This document shows, one piece after another, positions 27,701-37,200 of a stretch of 64,000 nucleotides of DNA (position 1 is its first letter; every line of letters begins with the position of its first letter). The DNA is from Azolla caroliniana. Its lineage: Eukaryota; Plantae; Polypodiophyta. Below the pieces are notes generated by a model, which had not been told where the DNA came from, searched no databases, and worked only from the letters and a program-made list of their open reading frames with translations. The DNA lies in assembly GCA_043228905.1 (NCBI GenBank), contig JBHGNT010000014.1:18104001-18168000 (forward strand), given 5' to 3'. Position numbers and translations under genes: made by a program.

Positions 27701-27887
27701 GGGAATTTGATGCTCCTTCATAGATACTACTAGTTTGAAAGAATACATCATGATCATTTGATGCTTTTTCATCTCTACTACTTTGAATGAGGATGCCATG
27801 GGCTGTCCAGTTTCGGTAGTGTGCACTTGAACATATTTGAAGAAGTGCGAAAAACCAAGGCAAACCAGCCAAGCAAAGCAAAGCCAT
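12780..27887 (-). CDS. Large glycine-rich, Cys-rich multi-pass membrane protein (At4g32920/At5g11700/At5g47020-type family, function unknown), 22 exons, 1449 aa
   Basis: Minus-strand exons: 27887-27022, 26134-26022, 25010-24802, 24723-24604, 24517-24389, 24213-24088, 23655-23600, 23531-23432, 23344-23227, 23148-22939, 22832-22520, 19727-19634, 19460-19352, 16817-16546, 16467-16340, 16220-15986, 15908-15720, 15208-14922, 14841-14649, 14541-14299, 13149-13058, 12927-12780. They sum to 4350 nt, all GT-AG with matching phases. Features: signal peptide, GAGGGYGGRG/GGGSGGS repeats, CPPGLFGVFCKECPVGTYK, TM after FGGPW, LPFLESLNEVLET, HSCLRSCRSRALYEGLKV, DFFLGGDEKR, and C-terminal TMs ending DPATFWDS*. 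Confidence 0.93.
17121..17470 (-). mobile_element. Old degenerate LINE 3'-UTR fragment in intron 13
   Basis: Colinear similarity to 17571-18300 and 19854-20260 (CAAGAGATTA, CTCATCTTTGAGAACAA, AATAATGGCCTT, TTGCTATTGCCC, TGTAACCCCTTT). Confidence 0.65.
17571..18860 (-). mobile_element. 5'-truncated LINE (RTEX-like) in intron 13
   Basis: Minus-strand ORF2 C-terminus ICQLCHWGEESEEHYVCHCSVFYEIRARY (18389-18610), 3'-UTR shared with the 19854 copy, and a (TTTC)n tail at ~17571-17590. Confidence 0.8.
17698..18165. repeat. Three near-identical 156-bp tandem repeats inside the LINE 3'-UTR
   Basis: The unit TTACTAAGTAA...CCAACACGAGGGA starts at 17698, 17854 and 18010. Confidence 0.95.
19854..21290 (-). 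mobile_element. 5'-truncated LINE (RTEX-like) in intron 11
   Basis: Minus-strand ORF2 remnants QFQEPRTKLWLFDTLVAPTLLYAVETW, VPHDIIRAEMG, SRQLQIEVGR and HYVCHCSVFYEIRGRY. The 3'-UTR ends in AGGCCATTTTGGCCT and (TTTC)n. Confidence 0.85.
22191..22470. repeat. ~150-bp tandem duplication in intron 11
   Basis: AATTCCAGAAAACTCTCAA...GATTCAGAACTCTTGTCA.GTACACAATG occurs at 22191 and 22341. Confidence 0.85.
25546..25830 (-). mobile_element. Short LINE 3'-end fragment in intron 2
   Basis: GTCTTTTTAAGAGGCCAAAATGGTCTATAAGACCAAAC...AAGATTCTCAAGTCAGA matches the same 3'-UTR as the 17571 and 19854 copies. Confidence 0.75.
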
Positions 27888-28117
27888 GTTTTGGTATCGG
27901 ATGCATTACAACATACGAGGGTGAACCCAGATTCCTAGAAGACAAGACATATAATATATTCCAAAATAACAAAAATGGTAGCCCAATAAACCCTACTACA
28001 ACCTCACAATCTATGTAGCATGGTATAATAGAACATCTTCCATCATAAGATTTTCCTGCTTTATCTTGATCAGCTTTTGCTTTATCTACAAGCTTTTTCT
28101 TCTTCGAAAAACTTCAC

Positions 28118-29158
28118 CTGCATGTGAGTTAAAAGATACTTATTAGGAGCTATGGTAAGAAATGTTGAAATTTCGAAACCCATTTCAGTTCTCAACAAAA
28201 ATCCAAAGACTGGAGAAAAAGAAAACTTAAAGAAATGAAAAATCTTGGAAATAACCAACGATGTACAAAATATTTGACTATTGATATCAGATTATTTGCA
28301 GTGATCAGAAACAAAGTCAAAGATCTAAAACCTTGGAGTTCGCGATTACAAGGGCCATTTTGGCTTCAAATCAAGCCTAAAGTTTTCCAAATGTCGAAAA
28401 AATAATGAAACTCAAGGAAATTTCCGTGGCTGCAAAAACTTGCTGATAAAAACTTTTGATATGTATTAATTCATCTAGAATAAAATACAAGATTTGAGTA
28501 AAAATGATTTGAGGGTTCATATTCAAATTCAGGATCTGATTGGTAATTGAAGCTTACAAAAACTAATTCTATATATATACACTATTCAATTCGTTCGCTT
28601 TTCCAGATAATTTGTCCACCATTGTAGCATACATCCTCGATGTTGATTTCGCATATAGATTATTTAACGTAAATAAAAATGTGAAAAAAGGGGTGCATAT
28701 CAGGCTTTATATATTCAAAAATACAAAACTTCGTGTATAAAAGTAAAACAAAACCTCTATCAAAACTCAATCTTACGTGAACAATCAACCTTCACTTTGA
28801 TATAAAAAAACAAAGAAAAGGGATTCGATCTCTTATAGCTTCTGGCATGAATAAATGAAATAAATAGATAATAGACTTCATGGCAAGAAAGCTCAAAAAA
28901 GAAGACAGAGAATCTACATAAATCAATCGATCAACACATAATAAAAAGGAAAGAACGAATCTGAGTCATATACTTTACGAACCAGAAAGATGCATAGAGG
29001 AAAGATTCAAGATCCATAGCAACCTAATATATCAAATATATTCCATCAATTCTCTTATATAGATAGATAGATGTAATTTTCAAAAAATAAATGCTCTGTT
29101 TGATAATAATAATAATAATAATAACAAATAAGGATTCAATGGTAAAGAGAAAAGGCAC
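28118..29158 (-). other. Probable 5'-UTR intron of the glycine-rich membrane protein gene
   Basis: Minus-strand donor CAG|GTGCC at 29158 and acceptor TGCAG|GTG at 28118. Upstream (CT)n/(GA)n-rich sequence (29270-29520) is typical of plant leaders. Confidence 0.5.
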
Positions 29159-29272
29159 CTGAAGAAGAAATGGTTTTTTATGATGTATTCTCTGAGCTCT
29201 GAGGGTAGCAGAAGAAGAGTGAAGAAGGAACTTCGGGTTTTGATTTATCTTTGAGATGGGTACAAGAAAAGC

Positions 29273-29310
<38 letters not shown>

Positions 29311-29524
29311 AGGAGAGAGAGAGAGAGAGAGAATTCTATCTGCAAAAGAAAAATAACAGAATAAAACCCCGAAACATAAGAGCTTCTTCTCTTCTCTCTC
29401 TCTCTGTCTCTCTCTGTCTCTCTCTGTCTTGTCTGGTCTTTCTTCTCTCTCTCAGAGAGAGACTTTTCTCGCCATACTTTTTGGGCTTCTTCCCCCTGCT
29501 CTGCAGGCTGCCCCTCCCCTGTTC

Positions 29525-29945
29525 TCACATACATACATACATACATGTACATATACAGTATACATACATACATACATACATGTATGTATGTATGTATGTA
29601 TGTATGTATGTATGTATGTATGTGTTATGTACATGAATGACATGGGTTTTAGTATACATACATACATATGTATGTGTGTGTATGTATGTATGTATGTATG
29701 TGTTATGTACATGAATGACATGGGTTTTAGTATGCATACATACATATATACATACATTTTACATACATACATATGTATGTGTGTGTGTATGTGTTATGTA
29801 CATGAATGACATGGGTTTTAGTATACATACATACATACATACATACATACATACATACATACATACATACATACATACATACATGAATGACATGGGTTTT
29901 AGTATGTATGTATGTATGTGTGTGTGTACATGTGACATAGGTTTT
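29525..29945. repeat. Compound (CATA)n/(TATG)n microsatellite with a repeated spacer
   Basis: TACATGAATGACATGGGTTTTAGTAT recurs 4 times (~29630, ~29708, ~29799, ~29880) between opposite-polarity tetramer runs. Confidence 0.9.
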
Positions 29946-30109
29946 GTGTTTTTCTGTCTTGTCTGCAGAGCAGGAGCTCCTCCTCTCCTCTCTCTCCATT
30001 GCCTCCTCCTCCTCCTCCTTTCAAACATGCATACATACACATACATATACACATACACATACACGTACATACTTGCACATGCGCCTACATACATACCTTC
30101 CACATCACC

Positions 30110-30370
30110 CATCGCTTGTGCTCGTGTGGCTCCTGGCTCCTTGCTCGTGCCAGTGCCATGTGTCTCGTGGCTCCTTGCTCGTGTCAGGTGTCTCCGGCTT
30201 GTGCTTCGTGCTTTGCCATCCATGTTCATGCTCATCCTTTTCCCCCTTATGCCACGTGTCTCGTGGCTCCTTGCTCGTATTGGGTGTCTCTGGCTCGTGC
30301 TTCTTGCTTCGTGCTTTGCCATCCATGTTCGTGCTCATCCTTTTTCCCCCGTGCTCGTGCTTGTGTTCGC
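30110..30370. repeat. Degenerate ~95-bp tandem repeat with CTCGTG sub-repeats
   Basis: GTGTCTCGTGGCTCCTTGCTCGT...GCTTCGTGCTTTGCCATCCATGTTC.TGCTCATCCTTTT occurs at ~30160 and ~30256. Confidence 0.8.
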
Positions 30371-32289
30371 ACTCATGTTATACCCCCTATCCCCTTTTTA
30401 ATTCATGATTGTGCTCGTTATTTTCCACCTAATCATGCTCATATTCGCATTCAGGTTATTTTCCCTCTATTCATGCTTGTGTTTGCTTTCATGTTGTTTT
30501 CCCCTTGTTCGTGTTCGTGTTCGTGCTCGTGCTCTTGTATTCATGCTAATGCTCATGTTCATGTTTGTATTTACCTTCGTATCTGTGTTATTTTCCTCTT
30601 CTTTGTGTTGGCATTTGAGGTATATATGCCCTTGATCGCATTCCTATCATTGCTATTTTACCCTTGTTCTTGTTCAACGTTCACATTCTTGTTCGTGTTC
30701 ACTTTCATGTTCACATTCACAAGTGGCGATATATATTGCCTACTGAAACATGCAAGAGAATTATTGAGTTTAGTTTTGCGACACTTGGCAACCTTTGTCA
30801 ACTTTAGTTCTACGCATGAAAATGATCACATCACGTGCAACTTGAAAGAGTAAAAAACAATTGACTGAATGAACTGTTGACCTTTAACTTGTAATATTAT
30901 GATCGATTTCATGCCAAAACACGGTATCACGCATATTGCTTATAACCTGAAACTTGGAAGAGTCAAAAAAGATCAAGGTTGTGACACATGAGCAACTTGA
31001 ATTCTAAAATAGTGCAATCACATTGGATTCATCCATGCACTTGAAGTTACACATGTTTCTTACTTGGGACTCAAAAGGCCATGATTTTGTTGGGTTTAAA
31101 TTTGTGCCTAAGTGTGGCTATCAAGTTGATCATGAGGTCTTCATGCAAAGTAAGCGTATATAATATTATTTACCTAGAACTTGGAAGAGTATGAGCTTAA
31201 CTTGAAGCAAAGGACTCAAGGGATAATGCTTAATTGGAGGCAAATGATTTCGTGAAGCGATTTATCGTGTCGAAGTGTGTACATATTGTTGAGTTATAAT
31301 TGATAATAAAAATTGGATTATATTACCTTTTAACCCTCCAAAAGAGCAAGATATCATTTGAGCAAGAGATATGATATGTAATGAAGAATCACAAAGAAAA
31401 TAGTCACGCTAAAGGATGACATTGCACTTGTATGTCATGATTGTCTTGAAACATTCTAGAAACAACTACATATATGAAGAAGACGTTGTGGCGATAGATA
31501 ACCTCAATATATTTTCATGGGCCATGACGTTGTCTTCATCACCACATTGATCGAATTCTCGATAACACTTTACCATTTATATGAGACAAATATTATGTTG
31601 CGCAAAACTATTATAAGAAAACAAGAAGATACACAACGAAAACTATGCACGGTACACCACAAAAAATTGAACGTGGAAAACCGTCAACGAAATAAAACAA
31701 CACGAGACCTAGTGCAAATATGATTCACTATCAATGTATAAACTGGTACACCAAATATCTACTCTAAACAAGTTAGCGCACTATGTAAAGAGGAATGTAA
31801 AATTTCTTGTAACAGCTTAAACCCAACTAACGAAATACAAAAACAACCACCAAAGACTCAGAAAACGTTGTTGGTGATGGAGGCACTGATGCTGAAATGT
31901 CAACATTCAATTGTGTACACAAGAATGTTGATGGAGCAGGCCAAGAAGGAGAGTATGAGCTCTCCAAAAAACAGTTTTCTCATCAACAAAAAAATGGTCG
32001 TTCCCCCCCTTCCTTTATCTCGCTTTCAAAAAGTGAGTATAGATGCGTACATACATCTAAATGTGACACCTTTCACATTGTATTAAAAAATAAAAACATC
32101 TAAGCATCTGGGGGCCATCCACACACCCAAACAATGTGCCCAAAAATGCTAACATACACAACAACCCTACCTCAACTAATGAAGCAACAATTCAACTTTC
32201 AATTCAATATATATTTTGACTCCATGTCTTATCATGTACCATCTTCAATTATTGCAATCCTGAATTTTTTACCATTCTCGATGCAAGCA

Positions 32290-33090
32290 TCTCTTTGCAA
32301 GTGTTGCTTGTGGAATGCTCTCTATCATCTACCCACAAGAGAAATCGATGGATAAGTGGAAAACGTTAGTTAGACTTTCAAACAATGTTTGTGATGCCTC
32401 GTCAATAATCAACTAGAAGAATTAAGTTGATTGATACCCTTAGAAGAATTTGTTTACAATAGAATTTTCCATGTTTTTTATGGGTCAACCATAACTCTTT
32501 GTTAAATTTTGTGCTCGCCTAGATAGTTCTTCATTGCTCTAGGATATGATTCAATGAATCCTACAACTAAGACTTGGCTCAAGAAGCTTTGCATGCTCCG
32601 ATATTATACCTAACAACACCGTTTTCACATCCATCTTTTGTTAATCAACATTGACAAAGTGCCCCACCTTTTATTGATGGTTGTTTGGGTCTTGTAACCA
32701 GAAGTGTTGACATTTATTTAAACTTTGTAACAAGCATGACTCTATGCATTTGTTCCCTATTGGTTTATTTGATGTTGTTTTCTTCATTGGAGCTTACATT
32801 GTCTAATTGTTTTCTTCTGGTGTTTCGTATATATTTGTAGAAACACAACATGGTGAATACCTTTCTACAATGAGTACCTCCACCATCAATTAAGATTGAT
32901 GATCACGAGGAAATTGAAATCGAGGAAAAATGGACTCCAAGTTCCCATACATCATTTGTACTATTTTTATCAATTGGGAAGGTTATTCTCATCGGCACCA
33001 TACTTGCCCAAAACATATAGAGAATATTGCAACGATCTTGATAAAGTTGTGTGCTTCCATCGCTATTTTCTAGATATCCCTAGATTGAGA
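32290..33090 (+). mobile_element. Degenerate Ty3/gypsy chromovirus integrase and chromodomain relic
   Basis: Interrupted translation resembling LSS.H.ETDGQ.E.VN..L.Q.L...V..Q..W..L.PLAEF.YN (~32325-32460) and PP.IKIDDHEE.EIE....YYFINWEGY (~32880-32985). Many stops and frameshifts. Confidence 0.6.
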
Positions 33091-33744
33091 AGATTTATGC
33101 TTGATATCACGTTATGTCAACAAGGGAATAATATGATGAATCATGATCATACATGTTTATACTCGTATGTATGAAGATGGTCATCTATGGATGCAATTTC
33201 AGAAAGTAATGTTTGAATTGGAAACTTCCTAGATACATATCACATATCTTTGCTATTAAGTACTTGTTGTGCGCTTCACGTCTCACTCATTGGCAACAAT
33301 GATATCAACGTTGCAACCAAGGATACAAACCTATGTGGAAGAGACGAATACAAAAGAGAAACCTATAACCTAAACGTTGTGGTGACACGTATGAAAAGGG
33401 CCAATACATTGGGAAATACTATGAAGGTTAGTTTTTGTGTCTTTTTTGTCTTCTTCCTCGCTCTCGTGATATAGGCTACAATTTCTCTCTCTTTCTCTTT
33501 ATCTCCACCGATAAGGGGGAGTATATTGATGTATGCATTATTTTCATGTAGAGATTGTTTTACTACAGGGAATCAAATCCCTTACCATGAAAGATTCACA
33601 TACAAGATGATATGTTTATTTCATACCATTGGTCATTACCATGAAGGATTCACATACAAGATTATATGTTTTTTCATACCATTGGTCAAAATCTTGTGAA
33701 TGATTAAATATATATATATATCTCTCTCTCACACACACACTCTC

Positions 33745-34110
33745 TTATCGTAATTACCTAAGTTGTTAACACTTCAAGCACTATGTCTTGGGTTCGAAAC
33801 CCAATTATCTCACCTCTTTATTAGTTTATAGATACCTCTAATTTCACTAGATGCCACTGCGGAATGTAGGGGTTGAACCCATGATCACCTTGTCTCCATT
33901 GGGCAACCTTACTAACTAAGCTCGCTTGCTCTCTCTCTCATCGTAAGTAGCTTACCCTAGTGGTAAGTTGTTAACACTGTAAGCACTACATCTTGGGTTC
34001 GAAACCCAATTATCTTAATTCATTAGATGCCACTAGGGAATGTAGGGGTTGAACCCATTACCACCTAGTCTCTGTCGGTCAACCTTACCAACTGAGCTAC
34101 ATCCATCTGG
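33745..34110. mobile_element. Two tandem copies of a tRNA-derived SINE-like unit with convergent Pol III boxes
   Basis: Copy 2, + strand: A-like TACCCTAGTGG 33953-33963 and B box GGTTCGAAACC 33996-34006. Copy 2, - strand: A box TAGCTCAGTTGG 34099-34088 and B box GGTTCAACCCC 34055-34045. Copy 1 lies at ~33745-33922. Units are separated by (CT)n. Confidence 0.7.
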
Positions 34111-34129
34111 GCTCTCTCTCTCTCTCTGA

Positions 34130-36032
34130 GCAAGCCATTGGGTGCGTACAATGCCCATGTGGGCTATCCAATTGCTTCACTAGCACTATTGGTGTAAAAG
34201 AAGGTTGCCCCCTATCACCGACTCTTTTTGGGATCTACATTGATGAGATAACGGATTTTATTGCTCATAAGGAAGGCAACGGAGTAGTTCTTGAGGGTAC
34301 ACAAGTTCGTATCATGCTAGATGACATAGTTTTGGTCTCTGAGTCCGAACACGACCTACAAAGGCACCTTAATGCCTTAGATGACTTTTGCACACAACGA
34401 GGATTGGTAGTGAACGTAGGGAAAACTAAAGTCCTTATCTTCCACACATCGGCTCAAATTAGAAGTAAATGTCACCTAACCATCTCCCATAGCCTAGTTG
34501 AGGTAGTTGGATCATATGTATATCTTGGAGTTACTTTTAGTGCCCTCTCAGGTAAATTTTCTATGACATGGGTAGAGAAGGATAGTCTTATGAGAGGACA
34601 TGCATCCCTCTAACTCTTAGAGAAACAATGCCACCATGCATACTTTCAAGAGCCACAGACTAAGGGGTGGCTCGTCAACTCATTAGTGACCCCCTCCCTC
34701 ATGTATGCATTAGTGGTTTGGGCTCCAGGGCTACCATCTTTCATGTGCACGCAATTAGAGAGACCATTGGCGATGATGTTATCACGCCAACTCCGAAGCA
34801 AATCAACAGTACCATATGAAGCAAATCAACAGTACCATATGACATTGTAGTCCGATGTTAGTAGAAGCACTTTTTCAACTTGTAGTCTTTATTCATAGGA
34901 TACATAGCCAACCACATGATAGGATATCTCATCAAGCTTTTGAGGCATCTCGATCTCTATATGAGTCCGGTCATACTAGCTCATGGTATGGCATGATGAT
35001 GAGTTGGCTTCTTGCAAACGGTCTAGACATTAGTAATCTACCTTCCCTTAGGTACAACCACGCAATTGATAACACTTTAATCTCTCATGAGGACTGTAAT
35101 AAAGTAATACGCCAAGAAATATGGCAAATTTACACTCGGTATAAATGGATCACCATATTAGAGCCACTCTCGTCTAAAATGTTGTACTATAAGGAACACT
35201 TCATACACTTCTCTAAGTTAGGTTTTATTACACAACCAAAATATCTAGATGCATTCTTACCAAATGCATTAAGGGTTGCCATTGAACAACTTAGAATATC
35301 ATCTCACTAACTTGAGATTGAGAATGGTCGTACTAATGGAGTCCCTAAAGAGGAAAAGATATGTATATTACATCACCTAGAGATAGAGGATGAATGCCAC
35401 TTTACATGCAAATGTCCAACTTACACTGAGATAAGGGCAAAATACTGAGACATACTTGGTCTCCCTCCCACCCTCCCCAAACTATTAGATACTCTAGATA
35501 TAAAGAAATTAGGTAGATATAGCTTAGAGTTAAAACAACATAGAGAGAATATACTACAAAATGTTGACAATAAAGTTTCTAATATTCACCAACATGTAAC
35601 AAATGAAGTTTTTCAGGGACAGGGAAGACGACGAATGTGGACACACCTGCACCACTCGGTCTCTTCCTTGATGAAGCAGAAAACCAAAGAAGAACCAAAC
35701 GCCCTCAGATGCCGAGTTTCAAAGCAACTCAGTGTGGTGTAGAAACAATTAAGAAAATAAGGGAACGTGAGCTACATCGCCTGGAAGCCATGGTTGGGGT
35801 ACCCTCTACATCGGGACCACAGGTCACACCCACATTGAAACCCTTTGACCTCCCACTTCTTTTTGAGAGGCTTGGATGGAAATGAACCTAGGCCTAGTAC
35901 AAAGTCATTTACTTTATCGAATTTGTTACACCATAACATGTTTTGTACAAATACTTTCGATGATTGGGTAGATGCCCTATTGTACACCAATTGTGTCATG
36001 GGCCAAATTTTGGCCTTAGAATATATATATAT
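34130..36032 (+). mobile_element. 5'-truncated LINE retrotransposon pseudogene (RT plus C-terminal Cys/His motif; RTEX-like)
   Basis: GVKEGCPLSPTLFGIYIDE, LDDIVL (RT YADD equivalent), VNVGKTKVLIF, YVYLGV, FQEPQTK and LRISSH*LEIENGR...EDECHFTCKCPTY. The 3' end has GGCCAAATTTTGGCC followed by (TA)n. Confidence 0.88.
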
Positions 36033-36039
36033 TGCGTTG

Positions 36040-36165
36040 TGAGTTCGAAACCCAACTTCCTCACCTCTCTATTATAGATGCCACTGTGGAATGTAGGGGT
36101 TGAACCCATGACCACCTGGTCTCCATTGGGCAACCTTACCAACTAAGCTACATCCATCTGGGGTC
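36040..36165. mobile_element. Third, partial copy of the convergent tRNA-like SINE unit
   Basis: GTTCGAAACCCAA...TAGATGCCACTGTGGAATGTAGGGGTTGAACCCATGACCACC...CCTTACCAACTAAGCTACATCCATCTGG. Confidence 0.7.
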
Positions 36166-36262
36166 TCTCTCTCTCTCTCTCTCTCTCGTTTTCACGAGAT
36201 TAGTGTCGAACACATTAATCTAAACCTCAAAGTGATCCTCTTGTATTGGTGGTGCATACCAA

Positions 36263-36311
<49 letters not shown>

Positions 36312-36386
36312 TTCACGAGATTAGTGTCGAACACATTAATCTAAACCTCAAAGTGATCCTCTTGTATTGGTGGTGCATACCAACGA
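36164..36386. repeat. ~120-bp tandem duplication, each unit (CT)n plus an identical ~80-bp core
   Basis: CGTTTTCACGAGATTAG...GCATACCAACGA at ~36187 and ~36307. Confidence 0.9.
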
Positions 36387-36599
36387 GTCGTAGTGTACTT
36401 TGGTCACTTACGTGTGCTTTTGTGCCCCATTAACTAGATTATGTACGCATCTAAGGGGAAAATATTGAGCAAAACCTAGATCAATATCAAATAACTTCCT
36501 TAGAGTCAATCCCCTAAGGGGAAACTACACCTACCTCAACAACTTTGTGTAGTTATAAAACTTACACAAACGCTAATATCCCTTAATATGGAGAGGGAG

Positions 36600-37200
36600 A
36601 AGCAAATGATAATACTTTCATCGAGACTAACAAATGTCATTTCTTAAAGTGCGCAAGTTAATAAGTCAATCCCATGATTGAATGTTATTAGGACAAATGT
36701 GACCACGTATAGTGTTTCAAAGAAATCCATGGGGGTTTATGAACCTCTCATGGATGTAGCATGTGTGGTTGGATTTGGGCTCATCTTCAATGATCAAGTA
36801 GAAGTATGGTTCCGGTCCTCAGGGATGAAATGTAAAATGGCTTCACATGCATGCAGCATATAAGGAGAAATTCTTGACCATCTTTGCAATACAAGGAACT
36901 ACAATGGAACCCCATACACCAATTATTTGCACCCAAGCAAGAGGTGGACGAGACAATAGAAGACTTTATTAGGTGTATAAAAAGCTTACACACTAGATGT
37001 TAGCCTAGTGACATAATGTCTAATGAAAAACTAGTGAATCGATTAATCAACAAGCTATAAGGCCACACCTAGAAAAGCTTGAAGTTAGCCTAGTTTTGCA
37101 AGTCATCCTTGGAAGGTTGTATGGTAATCATTACCTTCAAAGATTCTATGATTAGACTCCAAACAACTGCTTGAGCCACTATTATCCCAAGAGAGACGAT
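36600..37200 (+). mobile_element. Possible very degenerate LTR-retrotransposon gag remnant
   Basis: Weak gag-like fragments (FGLIFNDQVEVWFRS; KQEVDETIEDF); heavily disrupted. Confidence 0.3.

Noticed and set aside
29178-30853. Long overlapping ORFs rich in YIHT/MYVC
   Set aside because: These are translations of microsatellites and minisatellites.
33945-34110. Functional tRNA genes
   Set aside because: A and B boxes are present, but I could not form acceptor and anticodon stems, and the copies are diverged and repeated, which fits SINE-like sequence.
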